Origin: Mobula hypostoma
Taxonomy: Eukaryota
Length of the DNA: 64,000 nucleotides
Direction of reading: 5' to 3'
Assembly: GCF_963921235.1 (NCBI RefSeq)
Contig: NW_026948115.1
Coordinates: 186,001 to 250,000, forward strand
Positions 47,304 to 59,888 of this stretch are shown piece by piece. Every line of letters begins with the position of its first letter. Position 1 is the stretch's first letter. The position numbers and the translations under genes are program-made. A model generated the notes under the pieces. It saw nothing but the letters and a program-made list of their open reading frames with translations. It made no database searches and had not been told where the DNA came from.

Positions 47304-50300
47304 GTTCTTGTTTGTAGGGCCACAGCAGATTAGACTCGTACCTTTTCTCAGAAGAGTTAGCACATATGGTTCCCTATTTGCACACGAGGGTCTTTGCTTT
47401 GTCTTCACAAGTCCATTGTTGATCATCTTCATCAACACTCATATCATTCACCCTATTCACATTCATATTCTCTCATTAAATCTATCTGTAGGAAGGGGCT
47501 TCATAACCCTCAGGAAAGAGGCACAATTTCAGACATACCTCCTCGTCATGGCTATCACTACTATCTATAAGGTGTTGTGTGGCAGAGTGGGGAGGGGGGA
47601 GGTAGTACTGTAGTGGCCGGTCTAAATATTTTTTTCTCCATGAACTTACTCCATTCTGCCTTTTATAGTCCATTCTCCGTACACCAACAGGTGTCTCCTC
47701 TCTGTCTCTATACCACCATTGGGGGGGGGGTGAGTGTGAAATGTCAGGGTAACATGGAATCCATTTAGCAGACTGGCTGGTCCCCTCAGCCCCATTCCCC
47801 GTTCCCCTGTGCCATCGCTGCCTCGCCGACAAGGTGTCCATCCTCCAGAGCTGCTGTCGGTGGTACCGCTGAGGGTAAAATTGTATCCCCACAACACAGG
47901 GCCTGCTCCTCCATCCAGTTCCTGTAAGACCTCCCCTCTATTTTTGGCGAAGGGTACAGTCACTCAGGGCATCGTCCCAGCTCCTCCAGTGTGTGTTGGT
48001 ATCACCACACAGACACAACAGCTTGTATGGGTCGTACTATTCACAGAATCATATGCCAACCGGAGGAAGGTATTCTTGCATTCAGCTCCGATTCCTCTGA
48101 TTACAATGGTTAATGGCCCAGTGATTAACAGTGAGTGGGACCCCCTGGTGGTGTGGCTCTGTTCACTCGACTCGGCAGCTGAACGGGTGCAGTTCACTCC
48201 AGTCTGTTGTTCCTCTCCTTTCTCGTCGTGCCATTTGCACCGAGTGGCCTGTATCCAGTCGGGTTTCCCCCTACCTTCACTGCGGTCCGAGTGACCCACC
48301 GGACTTGATAGGGGCCTCTCCACCTGGGAGAGAAAGATTCTCTTATCACAGCTCGAACGTGTACCCAATCCCCTGGTTTGAAGAGGTGCACATTTCCTTC
48401 GGTCAGGGGAATCTGTGTCCCTCACTTGGCCGTGTAGCTTTTCCACCTCGTGACACAGTGCTTGCGCATATTTGAGGGTTTTTCCATCGTTCCAGATCAG
48501 AGCCACTGTCTCCGGTGTCATCGGGCGACTTCGGCCCCGTTGTCACTGGTCTACCCATGAATATTTCACGTGGGGTGAACCCCGTACTCCTATTCTTCCG
48601 GTTTCGTAAAGCATACATTACCCGAGGCAAAGCCTCTGACCATTTAAGGTCATTCTGCTGACACACCCTGCCTGGTGCATTTTTTATTTCTCCGTTTACC
48701 CTTTCCAGCATTCCCGAGGATTGGGGTTGATAGGGGATGTGTAACTTCCACTGAAATCCCAGGGCGACTTTCAGCCCTTGTACTAATCTGTTAGTAAAAT
48801 GAGTTTCCCTGTCACTATTAATACACAATGGAAACCCAAACCTTGGTGATTTCCTTCATTAGGGCATTCACTACTGTGCTAGCGTCATCCTTCCTGGCCG
48901 GGAATGCCTCCATCCACCGAGAGAACATATCTATTCCCAACAATATATATTTGTGGCCTTTCTCCACTGGCAGATGCACAAAGTCTATCTGTACACTTTC
49001 AAACAGCATTTGTGGCTGGGGCCAATGATCATACTTTGCCAGAGTTTTCCCTTTATTGTTCTGTTGACATATCAAGCATGCTGGTGCTACCCTTTCGACT
49101 GTGACAGTCATCCCAGGGGTTTACCATTGCTGACTAATCACACGCTGCATCCCTGCCTTGCCCACGTGAGCCTGGCCATGGGCCAAGCAAGCCAGGGGTG
49201 GAAACAGGCTTCAGGGACAAACAACATCCCGTCAGGGTGGCAGCTTTTGTCCACGCGCACTTTTCTTGTGGGGTGGCAAGATCTTGGGGTTGTCGCGATC
49301 TGTCGGTACTGATGGCGGTGAGGAGCTCTCCCTCCCCTGTTTCCACCCGGGGGTGTGGTGGGGGGCTGTAATATCGGCCGCTGCTGGAACACCCCCTGCT
49401 TCAGTGTTGTGTCAGTGAAATGATTCCCTTTGGAGACCTCGTCTCCTGCCGAGGTCTGTGCCTCACATTTAATTATGGCTCAGGCTGCGGCAACTGGATG
49501 GCCTCTAACAGGTTAATAACTGGTTGAGAATGTTTAATAGGTTTTCCGGAGGAGGTGATGAATCCTCTGTTCTTCCAGAGCTGTCCAAAGTCATGGGTTA
49601 CTCCAAAGGTATAACGGGAATCGGTGTAAACGTTCACAGTCTGGCCTGAGGCCGGAAGGTTCTGCTGCCTGTGCAGACATTCTGTTTGGTGGGGCGTGAG
49701 CCTCTACAATCTCACGGGCAAAATGCTGTGTGGCGGTGGAATTGAGGGGCAGGGTCACGGCACGGGCTACCAACACAGCGCAGGGGTGATCAATGAATGG
49801 AGATGGATTTGTCGATGATCACCGCTGGGGCTGCCACCGCTCGGAGGTAGGAGGGCATTCCCCTCACTACAGCAGGTAGGGAGGCGGAGTAATAGGCCAC
49901 TGGTCGCTTGCCACCCCCGTATTGTTGGCACAGGACTCCAGTAGTGAATCCTCGCTTCTCAATAACGTACAGCAGGAAAGGCTTCTCAGAGTCAGGTAGG
50001 CCCAGGGCTGGCCCCTCACGAAGGGCATCGTTTGGGGCTGTAAATGCCCGATCCCTCTCATCAGTCCACCACACATTTGCGGCCGTCCGGAGTACAGCAT
50101 CCATTTCCCTCTACTCCGGTATCCACTGTCGACAGTGTTACGTTAAGTGTTTAGTCAGTTACGCAAAGCGTCCGACTTTCCCACAATTATAACAGACGAC
50201 CCCAGGAGACTTCTTACCAGACTGCTCCCGGTCTACCTTATCCTTCTCACTAGTCCCCGGCTTACTTTCTGACTTTTCCGGCGGACTCTCCCCTCCGTCC

Positions 50301-53300
50301 TGACTACCCTTCTGGTAGCCTTTACTCGGGGCAATCTTCATCTTATGCGTCAATGCATACTCATCCGCTAACTTAGCAGTTGCGGCTAACGTGGCTGCCT
50401 CTTTCTCATCGAGGTAGGGTCTCATACCCTCAGGGACACAACCTTTAAACTGCTCAATCAGGATCATCTGTAGCAGTCTGTCATAATCCCCCTCTACCCC
50501 TTTCGAGGCGCACCAACGCTCACAATATGTCTGCATCTCACAGGCAAACTCTAAATACGTGCGGTCCCACCGCTTCCTCGCATTCCGGAACCTCTGCCGG
50601 TATGCCTCCGGGACCAACTCATAAATCCTGAGGATGGCCTCCTTCACCACCTCATACTTCTGGGCATCTTCCGCGGATAAAGCTGAGTAAGCTTTTTGGG
50701 CTTTCCCTTTTAGTACACTCTGAAGCAAAACAACCCACTTATCCCTCGGCCAGTCCTGACTTATAGCCACTTTTTCGAAATGGAGGAAGTACCGATCCAT
50801 GTCGGTATCGTCAAATGGGGGGACCAGCCTAACCTTCTGGGTCGCCCGGAACCCTCCACCTTGGTTCGGCACGAGCCCCTGCTCTGTCCTTATCTTTAAC
50901 CTCTCCAGCTCGAATTCCCTTTCCCTCTGTTTCTCTTCTCACTCCAGCTGCCTTTCTCTCTCTCTCTCTCTTGCCTTTCTAACTCTCTCTGCTTCTCTTC
51001 TCTCTCCAACTGTCTGTCCCTCTCTTTCTCTTCCCGGTCCAACTGCCATACCCGGAACTCGTGCTCGAGTCTCAGTTTTTCAAGCTGTACCTGTACCGCG
51101 TCTCCAGCAGGTTTTTCAATAGACACCACCCCCAGCTCAACTTGGGGAAACACACCTTTAGATACATAGTGCTCTACAATAGCTCTGTGTATCTCCTCTC
51201 TCCTCATTGTCGACTTCACCATAGCAAGATTCAACCGTTTGGCCACAGCTGCCAATTCTGATTTCCTGGCATCCTCTAATGCCTCCAAGGTCGGCGCCTT
51301 TAGAAATTCCTCAACCTCCATTTCTGCTGTTTGTCTTTTCTTTCTTTCGGGAATTTTGACCCAATCAATTTACTCCGTCCCAAATTTAGCGTTCAAAATC
51401 GCGGACGAGAACCCCACTTATGTTACGTACCCCGTAACTGGGTTGCCAAACCAGCAGAAATGGATCACTCAGTTGGAGTCTGGATTACTAGAATTAAGAA
51501 AGTTTTTATTAAAGAAACAAGCAACACAGTACTCTAATCAAAAGGATAATGAATGCAACAGTTCCGCAATGATAAACATACATGTACACAGAATTCAGGA
51601 TCAAACAAGCTCTATCGTTGTCTAGGGGCAAATAACCAGTTTCAAAGTGACACAAAGTTCAGTTCAATTAAGTTCAGTTCGCAGTAATCGTTGCCATGGC
51701 GATGGACAGTGGGTGGGGGGAGGAAGGAGAGAGAGAGCGAAACGAATGAATATTCAACACAGCTTCCACACACCGACCTTCGCAGTCAGCTTTCGTGCGA
51801 GCCCTTTTTGTCATCTGAGGTCACTGACCGTGACCCCTCCGTTTCCAGATACGAATCGTTTCTCTGCGCTGAACCTGGTACCCAGGCAAGGGTGGACACA
51901 CACCAGGTTCCCTCCGATCGTGCCTTTCCACCCTGAGCGTCTATGGCTTGATCCCGCGATCAGCCGTCCAAAAGCTTTCCACCGACTTGTGAGAGATGCA
52001 CCGCTTCCAGGGTCTCGTTACCTCGGGTGTCGTGTGTGTCCTGCCTTAGCGAACCTGTCCCTTTTTATCCCCCTGCTGGGGTATCGCCTGTCCATCACTT
52101 CAAAGAGTTCAGGGTTCAAAGGGGGAGCCGCTCTTGACAGCTCTCCTTCCCCTTCATTACACATCTCCATTGCTGCTCCATGTCTTCCTTATCTCTCTCT
52201 CTCCTGAAGACCTGTGGCAGACCAACTGCTGATCACACAGGACAGCTAACATTGATGTGTATTTTTGTCACAACAGTCCCCAGCCATTCCCAGGTAGGAA
52301 AGAATTCCCTTCTCTGTCTTTGGTATCGGGATGTGCTGGACAGCCAATTTACAGTCTTTTCCGAGCCCTCTCGTTCCCTCGGTCGGCTCGAACCCGAGAC
52401 ACTGCACGGTGTCCTGGCAACACTGCAACTTTTCCAGGGAAACCCGGTGTCCCCTGTCAGCCAGATGCTGTAACAGCTTAATTGTACCAACTCGGCAGCG
52501 AGGGCCCGTGTCCGAAGCTGTCAGGGTATCGTCAGCATGTTGGATAAGGGTGGAGTGATCGGATAAGGGGCTCTCATCCAGCTCATGCTTTATGGCCGCC
52601 GCACACACTGCTGGGCTTTCTGTGTATCCTTGAGCAATCGGGAACAAGTGTACGGCTGGTTCTTGTAGGTGACAGCGAGTAGATACCGGCTGTCAGCAGG
52701 TGGAGGTGTAGAGAAAACCCCGAACATTAGTCTGTGATGGTGAAGGTACTGGCGGAGACGATTATAGAGGTGAGGATGATGTTGGTATTGGGGACCAGTG
52801 GGGCAATGGGAATAACGATCTTATTTATCGCTCTTTTGGGTCCTGCACGAATCGCCATTCGTTCTTCCTTCCTGGTTTTGGAATCGGAAGGATGGGGGTG
52901 ATGCAGCCCCCCTGTTACAGGAGGGACTGTGTTACAGTGCGATGCCTTCCTCTGCCTGAGCTGTCAGGCGATATTGTTTCACGCAGGGCAGGAGGGATCC
53001 CTTCTCGAGGGTCACCCGATGTTCTGGTGTCGTGCGCACCATACCGACACGGTTCTTGTGTTGGGCCCACAGTCCCATGTTAACACCGGTGAGAGCTTTC
53101 GGGTAGAGCAGGGGCCCTGGCTGGGGCGGGCACTGTTGCTGGAATAATGCCCTTAACATCATAGGTTTTACGGTAATCCTTCCTGTCTGCCTGTCAAAGA
53201 TCTCGGTGGTGAGCGTAGCTGCACCAGGGATTAGAACAGAGATTGTCTGGGCTGGGAGTGAAATTTGTGACAGACGGTGCACCATAGGTCCAATGCGCTT

Positions 53301-55224
53301 TGGTTTAGCGAGGGGGGTGTCGGGGTCTTATGGTAACTGTGAGGTTGTTTAGTACTACTGCTACTCCCAGCCCTTCGGGGCTGAAGAACAGAAGGGTCCC
53401 GGTTCTCAAGGTCTCCGTGTCTCCAACACAGGGGGCTGCCTGCTCATCGTAGGTGGGATCTGCGCCCTGCCCGTAGAAAGCAGTGCAGTGAAACATCTTG
53501 CTTTCCCGGCCGGTTTCCAGGAGCTATTGCAAATACTGTCCTTGCAAGTCAGAGGAATCCCCCAGGGCTGTGCATGGTTGTTGTACGAGGGGGGAATAAG
53601 GGTTGCAATCCAGTTGCCAGCAGTACGATACCAGAGTATCACAACAAGCATTCACTCCTCCAGTGAGCTTTAACGTCTGCGGGAGATCCACATAAATGCC
53701 ATTAGGTCGACGTACAGATTCGCACCTAACTTACAGAGAGTCTGTCTGTCTAACAAGGGGAGGGGCTTGTCTTTAGAAATTATACAGGTATCAGTAACAT
53801 CCACATTATCTATTGTCAGCGAGGGAGGGGTCGAAAGGGTTTCTGTCATCGGGCACAGAAGACAGAGTAGCTCCATATCAGTCAGACAAGACCCCTCACT
53901 ATCTCCTGTTTTTACAACCATCATGGGCTCTTCTCTCATCCTTCTGGATAGTCTGATAGCTGCTGCCTGCACCACCGGTTCTCCGTGGCACCCCTATTGC
54001 TGAGGCGAGGGATGAGTTAAAGGGAAAGTGGGCGACTGTCGGTCCTCTGAAGCCCGGGGAGGGGGCGGAAAGGTGGGGGCGGGGTGACAGTTCCGGGCCC
54101 ACTGGCCCTTTTTCCGCAATTTCGGTATGTAGTTTGGCAATCTCGGGCCCAGTGCCACTTCTCACCACAACTACAGCATTGGTCGCTTTGGGGAATCAGG
54201 GAGATTTCTTCAGAACCCCGAATTCCCTCCCCTTCCCCACCTCGTCCCTGAGGTGGGCACCCTTTGCTTTGGGAGTACTGGCCTACTGGCATTAAACCCT
54301 CTCTCGTTTGTTTCCTGAGAAAAGAGTCCCTCCCGATCCACATTGTACAAAGCCGTCATTGTCTACACCCACGTTTGATTTTACCAGTTCAGATTCTGTA
54401 ATTTATATCCTTGGGCTCGCAGCGGCCACATGCAGTTCAACAAAGTCTGGATGACCAAGGGCCCATTCCCCTCTAAGGGTGTCCCAACACTCTCTCCCCA
54501 CTTCTGCTTAAACCTTGCTACGAAATCTGGAATCATTTCACCCTTCCTCTGCGAGCACCGTGTCACCTCCCCTTTACCGCTATGTCTCCGTTCCCCCCAC
54601 CCCCCCATTATAGCAGTTTTTCTCCATTCTCCAACCAGAGTGTCATTGTCTCATTACCAGACACCGTGTCATCCTGTCCCCAGTCCCCAGGGGCGAGTAT
54701 TTAGCATCTGGATCAACCAGATGTGGAAGGCGTTTGGTTTCTTTAAGGGGTCAGGCGTCTCCGTGACCATGACACGTACTTCGGTTGGAGTCCGGGGTTT
54801 TCATACAGGGACGTCACCTATCCTGATATTTGGGGCCTGAATTGTGGGGTTTGTCCCCTCCTTTTCATCTCTCTCTCTTTGTCCCCGTGTTCGCTGTCGA
54901 GTCCCGCGGCCTCCCGCATCACCTGTGGTGCTGCTCACTTCGGTCTCATCTCCGGCAGCCCTCGCACCTCCTGGAGTCGTCACGGTCCTGTCCTCGCAGA
55001 GAGGGGGCTGATGCTGTGGCCGGGGGCCTGGCTGTCTCTGCCTCTGGCCTCACCCATAGTGGGTGGCCATCTGTGTTAATTCCTCTGTGTCCCCCTCCGG
55101 GGGATCACTCGGGGTCGATCTGAGATACTGTCCCAGCGGCGGTTGGGAGGCCGGGGGATTATTCTTATGCGGTCCTTTATCTTTCCAAGGGGGCTTAGGG
55201 GGCCAGAGTCTCTTGGCTACATCC
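47304..55224 (-). mobile_element. ERV segment B (defective; partial gag, pro, RT, RNase H, IN, partial env; no LTRs found)
   Basis: Gag MHR-like SQRKGEMIPDFVARF and CCHC knuckle; protease tail LLDRQTLCKLGA; RT QGYTESP and QHADD; RNase H VNVYTDS; IN QIDFVHL, HIPYQPQSSGMLER and WRGPYQV; env-like TSCCVCVVIP. Confidence 0.9.
50136..52272 (-). mobile_element. Second Gmr1-like Gypsy copy (5' LTR, PBS, gag; pol and most of the 3' LTR deleted), inserted in ERV RT
   Basis: LTR 51421-52272 is homologous to 4386-5245; gag ORFs 50896..51321 and 50159..50872; ACAG TSD (50132-50135 and 52273-52276), confirmed by the empty site at about 40815-40825. Confidence 0.92.
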
Positions 55225-55533
55225 TCCCTACCTCGGCCTTAGTGAAAGGCAAGATCGACCTTCTAAATTGTTTAGTCACACGCATGCGCACTGGGCAGAA
55301 AAGACCGGAAGTAAAACCCCGTAACCTGGAAACAACATCTCTTTACAAACAGCTTTCCGTAGCGGGAGTATTGCTATACTACCATTATCCTAATTAGTGT
55401 CACTTATTTTTATAATGCTCACATTACAACACTTTGAATTCTATGTTTCATTATTTAATTTTATTTCAACACGAAAAATAAATGAATAAAAATTGACTGT
55501 TGCACTCAGTGTGATGACTGGGGCCGAATACTT
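55225..55533. mobile_element. hAT left-subterminal piece (same ERV-hAT junction as 45606)
   Basis: Near-identical to 45606-45910. Confidence 0.8.
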
Positions 55534-58500
55534 CAACTTTTCGACCACACTTTGACTCAGACTCGCTATCACAGCCATGTATCCTTTCTTGGAACGTGCC
55601 TCCATCGCCAACTTATTCCAGTTGGCTTTAAGGATTCGTTTCCGAGCCTCTCAATTTGGACCTTCTGAGGATCCCAGGTACTCACATTTTATTGACTCTG
55701 CCTCTCGTCGCTTCTCCCGTCAAGCTCTGAAGGCGATGCTCTCCGCCATGAGGAGGTACTTGGTGTCCCTATCCCAGACCCTTCCACACCTTCGGGACAC
55801 TTTCTTCGCCGTCTGTAATGGTCCTACCCGCTATTTCATCCTCCGTCAGATCCACGCCTGCAATCGCCGTTTTTTTGACTTTGTCATGTTAGGCAAAGAT
55901 CGCAAGATCTTACATCTACGGACTCCAGAGCCTGCCGGCCCCGACGCTAGCAGGCATGAACTTTCAATTGCGGCCCCTGCCATTGATCTCGGCGGCTCCA
56001 ACACCTCAGGACACATTCAAAACCCGGACTCCAGCAACGACCATGGACACCTTCACAGCGATTACGCAACCACCAACTGCGACTCCAGCCTTGAACTCCA
56101 GGCCGGGTCTTTATGTGCTGCTGTTGTGACTCCCGTCTCCCCTTCCCCCACCACCACTCTGCAACTCCGTCTTCCTCAGATCCCACCGTCAACTCCTGGG
56201 CCCTCAGAGGCTCCATCTTCCTCTCACCCCAACCCCCCCCTCCACTGACACCCCCAGCCTCACCCCCCCCCCCGATCCCAGCTCTCAAGATTCCAGCCTT
56301 GAACTCCAGGCCGGATCTTTATGTGCTGCTGTTGTGACTCCCGTCTCCCCTTCCCCCACCAATACTCTGCAATCCCGTCTCCCTCAGATCCCACCGTCAA
56401 CTCCTGGGCCCTCAGAGGCTCCATCTTCCTCTCACCCCAACCCTCCCCTCTCCATTGACACACCCAGCCTCCCCCCTCCCCCCTCTGATCCCAGCTCTCA
56501 TCCGTGCCGGGTCTTTACCATCCCCTCCGATCTTCAACTGTCGGAGGCAGAACGCTCTGTTCTCAGTAAGGGCCTCGCGTTTGTCCCCCTTCGCCCACAC
56601 CTCAGCGAGTTCCGTGTTCGCCATGATGCGGAACTTTTCTTTCTCCGTCTCCGTCTCCGAGCCTACTTCTTCGGCAAGGACTCTTCCACCCCCACCGATG
56701 ACCCCTTCTCCCGTCTTCAACCCTCCTCTTCTTCATGGACACCCCGCTCTGGTCTTCTGCCTGCTCTGGATCTCTTTATTGCCAACTGCCGACGGGACAT
56801 CAACCGTCTCGACTTCACCGCACCTTGTCCCCATTCCAACCTCACTCCTTCGGAACGCTCTGCTCTCCACTCCCTCCGCACGAATCCTAACCTTATAATT
56901 AAACCCGCCGATAAGGGGGGTGCTGTTGTAGTCTGGCGTACTGACCTCTACCTTGCCGAGGCACAGCGACAACTCGCCGATACCTCCTCTTATTTACCCC
57001 TCGATCGTGACCCCACTAAGGAGCACCAGGCCATTGTCTCCCACACCATCACCGACTTTATCCGCTCAGGGGATCTCCCATCCACTGCTACCAACCTTAT
57101 AGTTCCCACACCTCGCACTTCCCGTTTCTACCTCCTACCCAAGATCCACAAACCTGCCTGTCCTGGCCGACCTATTGTCTCAGCTTGCTCCTGCCCCACC
57201 GAACTCGTTTCTGCATACCTCGACACTGTTTTATCACCCCTTGTTCAATCCCTTCCTACCTATGTTCGTGACACTTCTCACGCTGTTAAACTTTTCGATG
57301 ATTTTAAGTTCCCTGGCCCCCACCGCTTTATTTTCACCCTGGATGTCCAGTCCTTATATACTTCCATCCCCCATCAGGAAGGTCTCAAAGCTCTCCACTT
57401 CTTTTTGGATTCCAGACCGAATCAGTTCCCCTCTACCACCACTCTGCTCCGTCTAGCGGAATTAGTCCTTACTCTTAATAATTTCTCCTTTGGCTCCTCC
57501 CATTTCCTCCAAACTAAAGGTGTAGCTATGGGCACCCGTATGGGTCCTAGCTATGCCTGCCTTTTTGTTGGGTTTGTGGAACAATCTATGTTCCGTGCCT
57601 ATTCTGGTATCTGTCCCCCACTTTTCCTTCGCTACATCTACGACTGCATTGGCGCTGCTTCCTGCACGCATGCAGAGCTCGTTGATTATATTAACTTTGC
57701 CTCCAACTTTCACCCTGCCCTCAAGTTTACCTGGTCCATTTCCGACACCTCCCTCCCCTTTCTAGATCTTTCTGTCTCTGTCTCTGGAGACAGCTTATCC
57801 ACTGATGTCTACTATAAGCCTACTGACTCTCACAGCTATCTGGACTATTCCTCTTCTCACCCTGTCTCTTGCAAAAACGCCATCCCCTTCTCGCAATTCC
57901 TCCGTCTCCGCCGCATCTGCTCTCAGGATGAGGCTTTTCATTCTAGGACGAGGGAGATGTCTTCCTTTTTTAAAGAAAGGGGCTTCCCTTCCTCCACTAT
58001 CAACTCTGCTCTCAAACGCATCTCCCCCATTTCACGTACATCTGCTCTCACTCCATCCTCCCGCCACCCAACTAGGAATAGGGTTCCCCGGTCCTCACCT
58101 ACCACCCCACCAGCCTCCGGGTCCAACATATTATTCTCCGTAACTTCCGCCACCTCCAACGGGATCCCACAACTCAGCACATCTTTCCCTCCCCCCCCTC
58201 TGCATTCCGCAGGGATCGCTCCCTACGCAACTCCCTTGTCCATTCGTCCCCCCCATCCCTCCCCACTGATCTCCCTCCTGGCACTTATCCGTGTAAGCGG
58301 AACAAGTGCTACACATGCCCTTACACTTCCTCCCTTACCACCATTCAGGGCCCCAAACAGTCCTTCCAGGTGAGGCATCACTTCACCTGTGAGTCGACTG
58401 GGGTGATATACTGCGTCCGGTGCTCCTGATGTGGCCTTTTATATATTGGCGAGACCTGACGCAGACTGGGAGACCGCTTTGCTGAACATCTACGCTCTGT

Positions 58501-59079
58501 CCGCCAGAGAAAGCAGGATCTCCCAGTGGCCACACATTTTAATTCCACATCCCATTCCCATTCTGACATGTCTATCCACGGCCTCCTCTACTGTAAATAT
58601 GAAGCCACACTCAGGTTGGAGGATCAACACCTTATATTCTGTCTGGGTAGCCTCCAACCTGATGGCATGAACATTGACTTCTCTAACTTCCGCTAAAGCC
58701 CCACCTCCCCCTCGTACCCCATCAGTATTTATTTATATACACACATTCTTTCTCTCTCTCTTTTTCTCCCTCTGACTATACCCTTGCTCATCGTCTGGGT
58801 TTCCCCCCCACCCCTTGTCTTTCTCCCCGGACCTCCTGTCCCATGATCCTCTCGTATCCCCTTTACCAATCACCTGTCCAGCTCTCGGCTCCATCCCTCC
58901 CTCTCCTGTCTTCTCCTATCATTTTGTATCTCCCCCTCCCCCTCCCACTTTCAAATCTCTTACTCACTCTTCCTTCAGTTAGTCCTGACGAAGGGTCTCG
59001 GCCTGAAACGTCGACTGTACCTCTGCCTAGAGATGCTGCCTGGCCTGCTGCGTTCACCAGCAACTTTGATGTGTGTTGC
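55534..59079 (+). mobile_element. Near full-length Penelope-like element (RT plus GIY-YIG), inactivated
   Basis: ORF 56334..58373 with KPADKGG, FYLLPKIHK..GRPIVS, GVAMGTRMGPSYA and RYIYD (catalytic YIDD altered); frameshifted GIY-YIG at 58380-58690; 3' hammerhead motif. Confidence 0.92.
58981..59016 (+). ncRNA. Minimal type I hammerhead ribozyme motif
   Basis: AGTC-CTGACGA-AGGGTCTCGGCCT-GAAAC-GTC-GACT: helix I AGTC/GACT, intact core, palindromic ACGT helix III, predicted cleavage after C59012. Such ribozymes are known from Penelope termini. Confidence 0.75.
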
Positions 59080-59565
59080 TTTATACTATTGGCTAGTCTG
59101 CCCTCATATTTCATCTTTTCCCTTCTTATTGTTATTTTTAGTTGCTTTTTGTTGGATTTTAAAAGCTTCCCAATCACTTTTGCTACCTTATTTGCCCTCT
59201 CCTTGGCTTTATACAGTCCTTAACTTCCTTTGTCAAACACAGTTGCCTATCCCTGCCATTTGAGAACTTCTTCCTCTGTGGGACATATCCATTCTGTGCC
59301 TTGTGAACTATCCCCAGAAACTTCAGCCACCTCTGCTCTGCCATCATCGCCACCCGTATCCTTCTCCAACCCACCCGGGCAAGCTCCTCTCTCATGTCTT
59401 TGTAACTCCTGTTATTCCATTGTGATACTGATACATGTGATTTATGCTTCTCCCTCTCAAATTGCAGTATGAATTCAATCATATTATGATCACTGCCTCC
59501 TAAAGGTTCCTTTACGTTAAGGTCCCTAATAAGATCTGGGTTATTACACAACACACAATCTAAGT
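59080..59565 (-). mobile_element. CR1 fragment (end of endonuclease domain)
   Basis: NPDLIRDLNVKEPLGGSDHNMIEF in ORF 59183..59554. Confidence 0.8.
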
Positions 59566-59573
59566 TACCCTTT

Positions 59574-59888
59574 CCGCAACGCGGCTACGGAAAGCCGTTT
59601 GTAAAGAGAGGTTGCTTCCGGTTGAGGTGTTTTTACTTCCGGCCTTTTCTACCGCGGTGCATAGCGGAGGAGCTACAGACATACGCACTGGGCAGAAAGA
59701 ACGGAACTAAAACCCCACAACCCGGAAACAATCTCTCTTTACAAACAGCTTTCCGTAGCTGGAGTATTGCTAAATTACCATGATGCTGATCAGTGTTACT
59801 TGTGTTTATAATGTTCACATTGCAACAGTATTTGTGCAGTTATTTATGTTTCATTTATTTCGGGATTTACTGGGAAAGTCTGAAAGAT
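59574..59888. mobile_element. hAT right-subterminal piece, TIR lost
   Basis: Homologous to 46310-46620; joins ERV sequence at a shared AGATC. Confidence 0.8.

Noticed and set aside
47205-47963. ERV env TM subunit or 3' LTR
   Set aside because: No immunosuppressive domain, CX6CC motif, membrane anchor, PPT or TG..CA ends could be identified with confidence.
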